A stretch of 64,000 nt of DNA from Cyanophora paradoxa CCMP329 (GCA_004431415.1 QPMI01000208.1:1-64000), one strand, 5' to 3'. Shown: positions 1 to 15,678, numbered from the stretch's first letter. Notes: generated from the letters alone by a model not told the origin. Numbers and translations: made by a program.

Positions 1-3000
1 AGGCGCGGCAGGCGGCCCCCGACGAGGAGCGCTCCGACCTCTTCCGGCGCACAGCGCCGCCGCCCGCCTCCGCGCACCCGCGCATGCGCCGGGCTCTGAC
101 GCGCGCCGGCCGCGCAGCGGGGTGAGGCGTTTGGATCAACGGGTTCACGGAGCCGCGCCCCTGGAGCTGCGGCGCCTCGTCGCTGTCCACGGCGGCAACC
201 ACGAGCAGTACCTCACAAGGGCAAGGCGCGCACCGGAGCCCCGGATCCGGCGGCGCCGGCTGAGCTGAGCGGGGGCCGGCCGCGGCAGGTGACGCACGTG
301 ATCGCGACGAACCTCCCCGACCGCAAGTTCGACCAGTTCCGGTGCGCCGCGAGCCTCCGGCGCGCGCGGCTCACCTTACGCCGCCGCTCGCGCGCGCGCA
401 TGGCAGGGGCCTCGCCGTCGTGACGCCCGACTGATCGTCGACTCCGTCAAGAACAAGAGGCGATGCCGACGCCTCTGAGGTCGGGCCGAGCGGCTGACGC
501 GCGCCCCTCTCGCGCAGGCTGCAGCCGGTGGCGCCGTACCTGCTCGCCAACCTGCGGGACGCCGCGCAGCCGGCCTCCCTTCCCCGCCGCCTCGGGGGCC
601 CCCGGGCCCCGCCCCGCAACTCCCGCGCCGCCCGGCCCCTCCACTACGGCGCCCGCCCCAGCCGCCGGCCCTTCCCGCCCCAGGCCCGCCCCGCCCGAGG
701 CCGCCCCGGCCCCCCCGGACCCATCCCCGCCCCGCGGCGGCACCCTCCCCGGCGAGAGCCCAAGGCGGCCGCCGGCGCGCCCGCCGGCGTCTCCCCGCCC
801 AGCGAGCGCAGGACGATCCCCCTCCGGAACGCCCAGGCCGCCCCCTCCGCCCCCTTCCGCAATCGGCCCCTCCGGCCTCGAGCCCGCGCCGCAGGCCGAC
901 CCCAACTTCATCGCATCCTTCTACCAGGCGGGCCGGCGCCCCTACCCTTCGGCCGGGGTGCGCTGACCGTGGGGGCGGGCAGAGCTGCGGCTGCACCACA
1001 TCGGGTCGTGGAAGGCGCGCTACCAGGTGCGCCCCCGCCCGCGCGCGCGCTCCCCTCTCAGCATCGATCGTCCGACGGGGGCCACCAGACCCTCGCCGCG
1101 CGGTGCCCCGCCCCACCCTCCTGGGCCCCCTCGCGAGCGCCTGAGGGCTGGCCAGGCTGGCGGCGGCCGGGGAGGCGTTGGGGGAGCCGGCGGCGCTGGC
1201 GGAGGCGCTGGCGGGGGGCCGAGCCCCGACGCCCCCCGCATCGTCGTCCACGTGGCCCGCGCCCCCCGCGCCCCGCCCCGCCCGCGGCGTGGCCGGCTTA
1301 GGCTTCGTTCGCAGGACATGGACTGCTTCTTCGCGTCGGTGGCCCTCCGCGAGAGGCCCGACCTGCAGGCCCGCCCCCCCGCCCCGCGCCCCGCCCGCGC
1401 CCTCCGGTCGCTGACGCCCCTGCGCGCTCAGGCCCTCCCCGTCGCCGTCGCGTGCGCCGCCCTCCGCCATCCCCCGGCGGCGGCGCACGAGGCCGGGGCG
1501 GGCAGGCACGGGGCCGGGGCGAGGGCTCGACGGGGGAGGTCTCGAGCGCCAACTACGTCGCCCGCAAGTACGGTCCGCCCCCCGAGCGGAGCGCCGCGCC
1601 TCCCGCCCCGCCCGACAGCGTGCAGGGATCCGGGCGGGGATGTTCCTGGGGGAGGCCCGCCGCCTCTGCCCCGCCCTCGTCACCCTCCCCTACGACGCGC
1701 GCCCGCCCCCGCCCCGCCCCTCTCTTCTCCTCCCGAGGCGTTCGTGCCGCAGTTCGAAAAGTACCAGGAGGTCAGCGACGCGATCTACACCCTCTTCTTC
1801 CGCTACTCCCGCCGCGTCCAGGCCCGCCCGCCGTGAATCCCCGCCGCCCCACGCGCCTCACACGCGGGCGGGCAGGCGGTCTCGTGCGACGAGGCGTACC
1901 TGGAGTTCGCGGGGGTGCCCCTCCCCCGCGCCCCGCCCCTCGTCGCCGCCCTCCGCCGCGTGCGCCCGCCCCCGCCCCCGCCACCCGCCCGCCCCTGCGC
2001 CCGCCGCCGCCTCTCGGGCCTTGACCCTCGGGCGCGCGCGGCAGGAGATCTTCGAGGCGACGCGCTGCACCGCCTCCGCCGGCATCGGTGCCCCGCGCCC
2101 CGCCGCGCCCCGCGCCCGCGCCCGGCCGCCCCCCGTCGCCCCTCCCTCCGACGCGGTGGGGCGCAGCGAGCAGCGTGCTGCTGGCGCGGCTGGCGACGAA
2201 GCGCGCCAAGCCTGACGGCCAGTTCCACCTCCCCGACGAGGAGGCGCGCCCCTCGCATCCCCCCCCCCCCCTCTCACGCCCCGGGGCAGGTGCTGGCCTA
2301 CCTGGCGCCCCTGCCCGTCTCCGACTCCCCGGCGTCGGGCCGCCCGCCTCCCCCCGCCCTCGTCGCCGCTGAAGCTGGAGGGGTGCAGGTGGAAGCTGGG
2401 GCGGCGGCTGGAGGAGGCCGGCATCGCCACCTGCGGCCAGATCCAGGGCGCGCGCCCCGCCCCACGCCCGCCCCGCCCGCCCCGCCCATCCTCTCATTTC
2501 TTCGGCAGGCATGTCGCGGGCCTCCCTCGAGGCCCAGTTCGGTGAGCCCGCCCGCTGCACTCCCGTGCCCCCTGGGCTCTCCCCCGCCCGCCTCTCACCC
2601 TCGTGCCCCGCAGGGAAGAAGACCGGGGGCACGCTGTGGGAGTTCGCGCGCGGGGTGGACCCCCGCCCCGTGGACGGGCGGGTGCAGCGCAAGTCGCTGG
2701 GGGCGGAGGTGCCCTCGGCTCGCTGGGGGCCTCTGGGGGGCCCTCAGGGGCGCCTGGGCAGGTGAACTGGGGGGTGCGCTTCGAGGAGGAGGCCCGCGCC
2801 CTCGCGTTCCTCCGCCAGCTCGCCCACGAGGCCCGCCCCCGGCCCCCGCGCCCCCTGCCTCCGCCCTGACCCCGCCCGCCCAGGTCGCCCGCCGCTGCCG
2901 CGAGGCCGGCGTGCGCGGCCGCACCTTCACGTTGAAGGCCCGCTCCCCGGCCCAACCCCGCCTGCGGGGCTCAGGGGGACCCGACAGGTGAAGCGGCGGG

Positions 3001-4938
3001 CGGCGGGGGCGCCGGTGGAGCCGGCGAAGCTGCTCGGGCACGGCCTCTGCGACAACCTCTCCCGCTCCGCCGTCCGCCCGCCCCCTTCTCACTCCCCTTC
3101 CTCCTCGCCCCCTCACCGCCCCGCGCAGACCCTCGGGCAGGCAACGGACGACCCCGAGGTGCCCCCCCGCACCCCGCACCTCTCCCGTCCTCCCTCCCGC
3201 GAGGCGGCGGCGGGCGGCTGGCAGGCGATCTGGCGGGCGGCGGGGGCGCTCTTCCGCGAGCTCGCCGTGCCCCACGCCGAGCTCCGCGGCGTCGGCATCC
3301 AGGTGCCCCCGCGGGGAGGCGGGGGGAGGGCGCGGCGCCTGAGCGCGCGTGCGGGGGCCGGCAGGTGACGCGGCTGGAGGCGGAGGGGCGCGGGGCCGCC
3401 CGGGGGGACCCTCGAACTCGATCGCGGCGATGCTGGGGCGGCAGGCCCAGGCCGCCGTGCGCCCCGCGCCCCCGCTCCCCCGCCCGCTTCCTCCCCCGAG
3501 GGCCCCCCCCGCAGGCGCACGCCGTCGCCGCCGGCGGCGGGGCGCCCGGCGGGGCCGAGGAGGAGGGAGAGGCACCCGCCCCCCCGCCCCCCGCCCCCGG
3601 CTCTGCATCAGGGTCCGCGGACCCTCCCTCCCCTCCCCGTACCCCCCGGCGGCTTTACGTACCCCCCAGGAGCCCGAGGACGTCATTCTGCTCGACGACG
3701 ACGAGGAGGAGGGGAGGAGGCCGCGGCCGCGCCCCAACTTGCCCCGGCGGCCCCTCCCCCACACCCGCCCGCGCCCCGCCCGCCCCCGCGCACCCTCGCC
3801 GCCGCCTCCGCCCCCGCCCCTGCCGCCAGCCGCCTGCCGCCCGACGCCCCGGCCCTCCTCCGCGAGGCGGCCGCCGCCCTCGGCGGGGACATCCCCGACT
3901 ACTCCCAGGTTCGAGCCCCAGAGGGCGCTTTTGGCTCCGCGTGCGTGGGCTCACACACCCGCAGGCCGACCCGCACGCGCTCGCCGCGCTGCCGCCCGCC
4001 ATCCGCGCCGAGCTCGAGGTCTACTACACCCGGGTTCGAAATACGCCCGGGCCGCTTTAATTTCCATGTTCCTCGGCCGACGCGCGCGCTCTGCAGCAAC
4101 GGGCGACCCGACCCATCGCACCCGTACCCCTCCGGCCCGCTGCCCCCGCCCCGCCCCCGCCCCCGCCCCCGCCCCCTCTCGAGGGCCAAAGAGAAGGCCC
4201 CTGTCCGGGCGGCGCCTCCCCCGCCCCGCGAAACCGTCCCGCCCGGGATCGACCCAGAGTTCCTGGCCGCGCTCCCGCCAGGTGCTCGCAGCCGGCGCCC
4301 CCGGGGCCCTCGGGCTCTGAGCGTCGGGCGCGGGGGCAGACATCCGGCGGGAGGTGCTCGAGCAGGCCCGCCGGGGCCCCCTGACCCCCGCCCCCGCCCC
4401 CGCCTCCTCTTCCATCGCCGCCGCCTCCGCGGCGGGCCCCTCCGCCGGCGCAGCACCGGCAGTTGCAGCCGCCTCCTCCCGCGCCGCTCCCTTCGCGCCC
4501 CCGCCCCCTCGCCCCCGCGCGCCCCCTCCCCCTCCCCGGCCCCGCCCTCCCCGCCTCCCCCGCCCCCTCTGTGCCCCGGGTCCTGCCGGCCCCCCGCCGG
4601 GGCCGGTGGCCTCCTCCGCGCTGCGCTGGCTGGAGGCGGTCGCGAGGGGTCCCTCGAGGCGGAGGAGGCGAAGGCGCTGCTGGGGCAGGGGAGCGGGACG
4701 CGGCGGAGCTCGTGCGCCGGGGCAACCTCGAGGCGGTCGCCGTGCTCCTCCGCGCCTCCGCCGCGCCGCCGCTGAAAGTGCCGGCGGGGCCGGCGCCGGC
4801 GCCCGCGCCGCCTTCGACGCGGTGCTCGCCGCCGCGCGCGGGGCGGCCGCCGCCGCGGGGTACCCCCCGCTGCCCTTCGCTCCCCTCGGGGGAGCGGCCG
4901 AGGCCTCAGCGTCCAACTCCCAGCGAGCTCGTTCGTGA
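1..4938 (+). CDS. REV1: DNA repair protein REV1 (BRCT + Y-family polymerase + UBMs + C-terminal domain), 5'-partial, multi-exon
   Basis: Spliced peptides: BRCT (WINGFTEP..VTHVIATNLPD), RLHHIGSWK, IVVHV|DMDCFFASV, EVSSANYVARKYG|IRAGMFLGEARRLCP, LPYD|FEKY, AVSCDEAYL, CTASAGIG, LLARLATKRAKPDGQF, RKSLGAE|VNWGVRF, GHGLCD, LRGVGIQ, UBM-like IDPEFLAALPP. A few single-base frame slips are probably assembly errors. Confidence 0.92.
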
Positions 4939-5833
4939 TCGTGGCTCTGAATTTGTAGAGAATCATCAATGTCGACGTCGTACCATGAATGCCATGGTGC
5001 AAATGGTGTACGCCTTTAATTTGTCTTTGTCAGTGTGTACGTGAAGCTGCTCGTGCCGGAGTGCTGGTGCTCGTTTGACCTCCCAAGTCTTCCACGCTTT
5101 GAATTGCGAATTGCCAAAGTTGACGACCTTGAGGCAAACCCCTGAAACAGCTTGGCAAGGCTGGCAGTGACTCAGTGACAGGCAGCGCTTGCTTGACTCG
5201 AAGAAAAAGGCGCGGCCTTGAAGAAATGAAAACTTGCAATTGGAACTTCGGAAGCTTCAGAAGTTCAATGCTTCTAAAATTTTTGGGAGTTCTAGGCTCT
5301 GAGATGTAACTCCAAGGGCTGTAGAAGCGTGGAAGTCGAAAATCCGGTGGTCATGATCCTGATCATCCAATCGCGATATCGCGAATATCCGTGCCACGGT
5401 TTCACAGCCGCTCATGATCATGGCCCGGCGGCCAGTGGCCAATTGCTCATGATCAGGATATCAAGTGTGAGAGCTTCGAATTTGAAACGCGCAATTGCAG
5501 TGATTTCACGATCAAGCTTTCGAGCAAGTTTGAGCCTGGCCATGGCCAGGCCCACGGGCTACATGATCATGATCTGGGTATCTGATGATATCGATCCAGG
5601 CCCAGGGGACGACGGCCCATTCCCTTCCCGCGCGCGGCGAGCTGCATGCGCAGCCGGGCCTGGCAGCTGCGATCGAAGTTGACAACAGACTGCAGGCATG
5701 CGCAGCAGCCGCAGAAGCAGCCGCTACGAGGCGGGGAGGGGCGGGGGCGGCGGGCGCGGCTCCTCGCCCCTCGCCCTGCGGGGCGGCCGTCAGCACAGAC
5801 GCAGTCCTGCGGCGCGCGGGGAGGGCCCCCGCC

Positions 5834-8238
<2,405 letters not shown>

Positions 8239-8602
8239 CGTTCGAGCGCTATAGATCTGCGCGATCCGAGCTGTTCCGCAGCTTCTGAACAGCGCTTTAC
8301 TCTCTCTCGCGCGGCTTAACTTTTCACGCCTAGCTATATGCACCTACAGCTAGCAGCGTTAAACCGCTCTTGATCTCTGCTACCCGTGCTCTGGTACTGG
8401 TACCCGGGTGATCAAATTGCAGCGCATGCGCGGCGCGAATCCGGATCCTTGGCCTCGAGCTCAGCAGCTCGTCCAGCAGCTCTCGCGATCGGTCTCGATC
8501 TCTCGATCTGCGCCACTAACCGCCCGGCCCGGCGCCGAGCTCGAGGGGACCCTCGACCTGGAGGGCGTCGTCATGCCGCAGTGCTTTTGAAGGGTTTCGT
8601 TC

Positions 8603-10571
8603 CTATTGCGTCGGACATGCGATCGCGATGGACACGCCTGCCCGCCCCCGCGGAGGGGTTACGGGGGGTACGAGACGTGCCTCCTGCGCTGCTTTCGGCA
8701 GTACCTGCGGCGGGGCGTCAGGGGAGCGGGCGGGGGCTGGCGGCACGGGGCGCGCCAGTACGAGGAGGAGGCGCCCAGCACGGCGATCAGGAGGGCCACG
8801 ATCTGCGGGGGTACGTCGGCCGCGGGAATTCCCGGGCCGGGGGTACAGGGAGTTGACCTTGGTGCCGGGGTAGGAGAGCGGGGAGCCGTCGGCGGGGTCG
8901 AGCTCGATGCCGTACATCTGCTGGTACCTGCGGGCGGCGGGCGGGCGCTCGGCCGGCGGGCCCCTGGGGACGGGGGGAAGGGGGCGGGGCGGACCAGGAG
9001 ACGACGTGGGGCTTGAGGTTGCCGCCGTTGAAGTGCATGATCTTCGGCCGCCCCTTCGTCTTCACGTTCTCCACCTGCCCGCCCCGCCCCCGGGGCGCAT
9101 GTCGGCGCCCCCCGCGCCCGGCCGGCGAGGCGCGCGCTTGCGGTAGACCCCCCGCACCTCGACCTTCGAGTTGCCCGTCTCGGAGGGGAGCAGCAGCTTC
9201 GCGTCCTGCGGGGGGTACGCTCGCCAGAGGGAGGCTGGGAGGGGGTACGGGCGACGCGTACCTGGAGGGCGCCGCCCATGCACATGAAGAGGTCGTTCTT
9301 GTAGTCGATGCACATCCTGCGGCGGCGGCGCGTCGGCGGGGTGCATGACCCAGCCCGGCGCGGCGCGGCGGAGGGGCGGGGGGGACTTCTTGGAGGGGGG
9401 CGGGTTGAAGTAGACGTGGGTGTAGAAGGCCTGGTCGTCGCTCAGCGTGTCGAAGGGCCGCCCGCAGTTGCCCAGGTACCTGAACCCCGCCCCTCACGCG
9501 AGTCCCCGCGGGGACGCGAGGGCGGGGCGGGGGCTCGCCTCCGGATCGTGCGGGCGTAGCCGATGTAGAGGCCCGAGTTGATGAAGCGGTACGGCGTCGT
9601 CACCTCGGGGTACCGCTCCCTGCGCGCTCCCGCTCGGACCCGCGCGGGGCGGGGTCGGGCGGGGCCGCGGCGGCGCGCGCTTCATCTCGGGGCGGGGCCA
9701 GCAGAAGTACTCGGCGGCGAAGACGACCTCGCAGCCCGTCTCGAAGAACTTGGCGAGGATCTGCGGGGGCCGCGGTGAGCGGGGCGCGGGGGCGGGTCGC
9801 CGGGCCGGGGCAGGGGTACGCGCGCCTCCTCGGCGGAGGTCGGGGCGAAGATGACGTCGAACGCGTCGACGAACATCACAACGTCGTCGTCGTGGATGTC
9901 CTCCGCCTGCGCCCCGCCGCCCCGCCCGCCCCGCTCGGGCCCCGCGCGCGCGGGGCGGGCGGGCGGCGGCGGGACGCGGGACGCGCTATGACGATGTCGC
10001 GCTCGAGGTTGAGCTTGTGCCCGAAGCCGCGGCCGTGCCCGATGGCCTTCCCCAGCAGCAGCGGTACGATCTGCACCCGCAGCTCGATCCCGTACCTGCC
10101 CCCGGCGTGAGCACCGCGGCCGAAGCGAGTGGGCGGGCGCGCCGCACTTTGCGGTTAGCTTCTGCATCACTTCGAGGCCCTCCTCGACGTGGTCCGCGAC
10201 CGTGAACGCGATGAGGCGCGGCTTGTGGGCCGGTGTCTGCGGCCTGCGGGGATCTGAGCTGCCGTGGGCGGCCGCGGGCGCAGGCTGCGGTCTCACGCTT
10301 TGTCGTAGACGCCCGCCCACGTGTTCTTGAGGCTCTCGATGCAGTCGCTAAACAGCCAGCTGCGCGGGGAGGGTGGTTGGCGGCATGCGGGCCGAACGAT
10401 GCGCCGAAGCGCGCCACAGCGTGCTCACCGGTCGCTTTGCATCGGAGACTCGAGCGCACGGACATAGTAGAACCGCCCGATGCGGAAGAGGCCGAACGTG
10501 AACCAGTCGGCGACGAGCACGACCACCAGCACGCTCAGCGCGAGGTGCAGCAGCTTCCGGCGCCCTTCCAT
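8603..10571 (-). CDS. PLOD/procollagen glycosyltransferase-like domain protein with a type II membrane anchor
   Basis: N-terminal hydrophobic stretch LALSVLVVVLVADWF; motifs DDVVMFVDAFDVIF, VVFAAEYFCWP, YRFINSGLYIGYA, DDQAFYTHVY, MHFNG. Confidence 0.75.
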
Positions 10572-10667
10572 CGCTCGCCAGCGCCGCAGAAGCCCCGCGC
10601 CACGACGTCGCATAAACTTTGTACCCCCAAGACTGACGCGTACACCATTCACACGGAAGCGCAAGCC
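10572..10667. promoter_or_regulatory. Very short bidirectional promoter interval
   Basis: Only 96 bp separate the divergent ATGs at 10571 (-) and 10668 (+). Confidence 0.55.
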
Positions 10668-11562
10668 ATGAAGCCAACAGAGCAGCCGGCGCCCGCAGCC
10701 CAGTACGGCGCCCCGCCAACGTCCACACCGTACGGCGCAATGCCGGCCGGTCCCGCTCCTGCCTACTATCCGGCGGCCGATCCTGAGCTTGGAGTTGGAG
10801 GCGCGTCTTTCCTCAATGCAGGGAAGCGCACCGCGGCACAGGAGTGGGAGGTGAGACTGACGCCGAACCTTCGCTCCCTCCCCGAGATGGACGCCTTTCC
10901 CTTCGCTCCTCGGCGCTCGAGACTGACGCTCTTTGACAGATCTCAATCCGGATGGGCTTCCTCCGGAAGGTGGGACGCGTGCACTGAGTGAGGAGTGTCT
11001 TTCATGTGCACCTGAAAAGGCGCATCCCACTTTCAGGTCTACGGAATCCTTGCGATCCAGTTGACCATCACATCCCTCATGGCCGCTCTCGTGCGTCTCC
11101 ACTGCCCGCCTTCGACGCTACTCGCCGGAGCTGAAATCGGAGCGCGCGTCACTTGACCGCCCTCGCAGATCATGGTGCGCGCGCGGGTCGAACTGCGGCG
11201 TGCTTGCGTGCTTCAATCTGCCTTGTAGCTAAAGATCACACTGGCAGACCGTGGAGCCGCTGCGCCAGTTCGCTCGCAGCTCGCAGGCGGTCCTCATCAC
11301 CGCCAGCCTCCTCCCCATTGTCATCCTGTGCGCCCCCTCCCTGCAGGGCGATCTCTCTTAACTCGTCTGACTCCCTTCGAAGGTTCGTCCTCATGTGTGT
11401 GCGGGAGCAGGTCCGCTGTATCCCCCAATCCCCTCCGTCCCGCGCCATTCCGCTTGACCTGCGCCCTCAGTACCCCCTGAACATGGGCCTCCTCGGCCTC
11501 TTCACGCTCTGCTTCGGTGCGGCGCGCCCCCCGCGGCCCGGCCGCGCCGCGCCTCGCCGACG

Positions 11563-11594
<32 letters not shown>

Positions 11595-12265
11595 CAGGGT
11601 ACACGGTGGGGACGATCTGCAGCTTCTACTCGACGGCGATCGTGCTGGAGGCGGTCTGCCTGACCGCCGCCATCGTCGTCGCCCTCACGCTCTACACCTT
11701 CCAGGTCCCCGCCCCGCCCCGCCCCGCACGCCCCGAGCTCGGCGCCGAGCCGGCTCGCCCCGGGCGCAGTCGAAGCGGGACTTCAGCTTCCTGGGGGCCG
11801 GCCTCTTCGCCGCTCTCTTCTGCCTCCTCATCGCCGGCTTCGTCCAGGCCCGCCCCCGCCCCCGCCCCGCCCCCCGCCCCGCCCCGCCCACCGCCCCGCC
11901 CCCTCACGCCCCCGCCCCGCAGATCTTCGTGCGCTCCCCTCTCTTCGACTTCCTCCTCTCCGTCGCCGGCGCCGTGCGCCCGCGCCTCCCCCGCGCGCCC
12001 CGCCCCGGGGTCTCGCCTCACGGGCCCCCCGCAGGTGGTCTTCTCGCTCTACATCGTGTACGACACGCACCGGACCATGCACGTGCACAGCGTCGACGAG
12101 TACATCATGGCCGTCATCGTGCGCCCCGCTCCTCCCCGCCCCCCGCCCCGCCCCTCCCCGCCCCCCGCCCGAGCCGGGGGTCCGCCGCAGAGCCTCTACC
12201 TGGACATCATCAACCTCTTCCTCAACCTCCTCAAGATCCTCCAGTACCTCCAGCGCTCCGACTAG
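10668..12265 (+). CDS. Bax inhibitor-1 / Lifeguard (TMBIM) family membrane protein
   Basis: IRMGFLRK|VYGILAIQL, YPLNMGLLGLFT, IVLEAVCLTAAIVVALTLYTFQ, KRDFSFLG, FSLYIVYDT, SVDEYIMAVI|SLYLDIINLFL; stop TAG at 12265. Confidence 0.9.
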
Positions 12266-12827
12266 GCCCCCGCGCCCCGGAGTTCGACGGCCGGCCCGAG
12301 CTTCACGCCCCGCCCGCCCCAACTGTAGAGCAGCGCTGTAAATACTCCCGACCGTGAGGTGTACAGCTTGAACAGAGTCGCATCTTGCACACGCCCGAGC
12401 GCTAGCTATGTAGCCGTTGCAGCTGCACCAACAATCCGAGCGCTAGGCCGCAGCTTTAGGCTATGGCTAGGGTTTGATGTTGCGCCAGCAATCATCGAAT
12501 TGCAATCGAGCACCTGCGCTATCCCATATGCATGGTCACGCCGCAGCCCGTGTCGCCAGCGCCCCATCAAAATGGTTCTCGCATCTGGTACATAGCATAA
12601 AGCGTGGATGGAAAAATGAAAGGGGACTGCACTGCCTGCTGCCGGAGGGCCGTTGGGACTACCGGCCCAGCGCTCGCTGCTACCTAAACGAAAGGGAAAC
12701 TGACAACGAAACACAGGCGCATGAAATCAACTGTACTCGGGCCGGCGGGGCCCATAATTTAACTGAGCTAGGGTTTGGTTTGTACAGGCGCGGTGGCCGG
12801 GGCCGGCGGGGCGCCTCGTGCTCGCGG

Positions 12828-13982
12828 TCATATCCTGCGCCTCCGCCGCTGGAGGTCGGGGGGCAAGATGCCCTTGTGCATGTCGTCCAGGGTGACCTGC
12901 CGCGGCAGGGCGCCCCGTCAGCGCTGCGCCGGCCGGACGGGCGAGGGGTCGGGGCGGCCCTGCCGCCGCCTCGCACCTTGGGGTGCATGCCGGGGCCCTC
13001 CACGAAGACGAGCGGCGCGAAGTCCGCCTCCATCCGCCCCTGCGCGGCGGTTCAGGGGGGCGGGGGGTGGTGCCGGGGGATGCGGCGGGGCGCACGTCGG
13101 CGAGGTTGGAGGCCGACGTGGAGGCCGAGGCGGGGTTCGAGGGGAGGCCCTCCGACTCCTTCACCGCCCCGCTCACGCCCCCGCAGCAGAAGAGCCGCGC
13201 CCACAGGCCCCGCCTCGGGCGCGCGGAGGAACCGTGCTTCGAGCCGTGCGGCCGCGGGGCCGGGGCGGCGGGGGCGGCGGCGGGGAGGCGGGGCAGGGCG
13301 GGCGGGGCGACGTAGCGGACGGCGCGCGCCTCCGCCTCGGCCAGCTCGCCCCGCAGCAGCCGCCTGTACGCCTCCGCGACGTTGCTCCGGTACTTGTCCT
13401 GCGCGCCCGCCTCCCGGGTGAGCGCGGCCGCCGGGCCAGGCGCGGCGAGCGCTGCAACGCTCGCTCGCTCGCCTCGACGGGGCAGTCGGGGGGGACGCCG
13501 CAGGCCGCGAAGAACGCCTTCAGGCGCCCGTTCCCGCCCGTGCGGATGCGCTCCAGATCCTCTGCCTTCCAGTGGTCGAGCGTCGTGCTCCGCACCGCGC
13601 TGCGGGCCGTTGGTCATGCGTGGCTTGGCGGATATACATATGCATGGGTCGGAGCCTCCGACTGTGGCGGGCGAAGCCCTGGGCAGGGAAGCAGCCTGCG
13701 ATTGCGCACCTCACGTCTCGGCCCAGGCTGCGATGCTTTCCCGCACAGTAGAGGCATAGAAAAACTCCGTGGTTCGTGCTGGACCACTCCGGCCTGGTCC
13801 TATCGCAGTCGACGCAGACCTGCATACGCATGCAATGCATCTGGTGAGCTAAGAACGGTGGGATTGAGCAGCGAGCCCGCCGCGAGCTGCGGCGCGTGAA
13901 CGACGGCATTGCAGACCTTGTTCCCGGGGTCGTTGGCGGCCGCATCGAGGATGCGCTGGCTGACAACTTCACTCACCTCCAT
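12828..13982 (-). CDS. ArfGAP domain protein
   Basis: DPGNK|VCVDC..PEWSSTNHGVFLCLYCAGKHRSLG..RSTTLDHW..GGNGRLKAFF..DKYRS, matching the CxxC-x16-CxxC-x4-R motif. Confidence 0.9.
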
Positions 13983-14171
13983 CGTCGCTGCTACATGTTG
14001 CTGCTGGCCGCGGAGCTGGAGTTGGTGGCTGCGGCCCCCCGTTTTTGGAGCTCTCCGCTGGAGTTGGTGACTGCGGCTATGACGCTGGGAAGTTTTCCGA
14101 GCTCTCTGGGAAGCTTTGCGCGGTAGCTATATAGGCTTGCTGAACGGTGTTCGGACTGTACCCCTGCAACG

Positions 14172-15245
14172 ATGCTCCGCTCCCTTCTGCCCGCCCGCCG
14201 CATCGGCGGTGCGCAATTCCGAGCAGGCAGTGTGTTTGACGATTAACGGTGTGCCCAGCGTCCGCGGCGCTTACGTCGACGAGGGGGCTGACAACGGCGG
14301 CGAAGCACGGATTCATCGTACAGGTACTGCAGCGAACATACTGTGCGCGAGCCTTCGGTTTGAGCGCGAGTAGGCTTTCGGCCCGGACCGCGTCGGCATT
14401 GTAAGCGAGCTCTCCAAGGCCGTCGTGGACGCCGGCGGCAATGTCGAGGAGTCGAGGATGGCGCGGCTCGCGGGATGCTTCAGGTACGGCAGCGCTGCCG
14501 GCGCTGAGCGCCGAGGCCCATCCTCCCGCGTCACCACCCTCCCAGCACGATCATGCTCGTGACTCTCCCGACGCACGCTGAGAAGAAAGTCAAGGAGAAC
14601 CTGTCGCACGTACGCCTCGGCCCGATCAGGGGCCGGGGGCGCAATCTGAAGCCGGCGAATCTGGCGCGCAGGTGAAAGACATGACGACGTCGCTGCACGC
14701 CGCCGCCGCCGCCGCCGGCGCCTCAGGCCCCTCGGCGCTCAGGCGCGCCCTCCCGCCCGACACCCGGCGGCCCCGCCCCGACGCCGGCCGGCAGGAAGTT
14801 CCGGCAGCTCCAGCTCACCGGCGCCGACAACCCGGGCATCCTCTACGCGGTGACGAAGAAGCTGACGGACCTGGGCGTGAACATCGAGAAGCTGGACACG
14901 GCGACGGAGGAGGCGCCCTTCACGGGCAGGCGCGCCGCGCCGCCCGCCCCGCCAGCTGCACCCCCGGGCTCGAGCGGGGCGGCGCAGCACGCTCTTCCGC
15001 ATGTCGGCGCTCCTCGGGCTGCCCCCCACCCTCAACGACCCCAAGCTCAAGGACGAGATGGCCTCCCTCGAGTCCAAGGCCCGTCCCGCCCCGCCCCGCC
15101 CCGCCCGCCCGCCCGGCCCCGCCCGCCCCGCCCCGCCCGCCCGGCCCCGCCCCGCCCCGCCTGACCGGCCCCGCAGCTCGGTGTGGACATCGAGGTTGCG
15201 AAGCTCCCCGCCGGCTCGACCGCCACCTCAGACCTCACCGTCTAG
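14172..15245 (+). CDS. GcvR-like tandem ACT-domain protein with probable mitochondrial presequence
   Basis: Spliced ~210 aa: MLRSLLPARRIGASAALTSTRGL-, AFGPDRVGIVSELSKAVVDAGGNVEESRMARLAG, LTGADNPGILYAVTKKLTDLGVNIEKLDTATEEAPFTGSTLFRM. Confidence 0.82.
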
Positions 15246-15678
15246 ATCTAGGGCTTTGTAATTGCTTTCGTTTCAACTCAGTGCGGCTTCTTTCTCCCGC
15301 CTGCGCATGCAGCCGGCGGCTCGCGTGCCACCCGCCCCGCCTCGCCCAGCTTGAAAGCGCGCGGGGGTCCCCTGAAAAAGCGGTTCCATTGTCGGCAGGG
15401 TGTCTTTACAGTGCCGAGAGGTACACGCAGCGCGGGCGGCGCTGCTTGGGGGCGGGTCCCGGCCCCTTCCGGGCCCGGGCCCCGCCGCCGGGGAGAAGAG
15501 GAAAAGCCTACAGCAAGAGCACGGGGCGAAGAGTACAGGAAGGATCACACCCACGCCCACGGCGCCCCCGCGGACCCTACGATCTAGAACCCGCAAAGAA
15601 AAAGAGGCAAGGCGCTGCAGCGCCGTATCTGTACATGCGGCCGCGGCGAAGCGGGCGCCCCGGCGGGCGGTGGGGCGC

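Noticed and set aside
120-2330. Apparent frameshifts or a TGA in REV1 (about 127, 433 and 2325), suggesting a pseudogene or recoding
   Set aside because: Each is a single-base indel in a short G or C run within otherwise well-conserved motifs; long-read assembly error is more likely.
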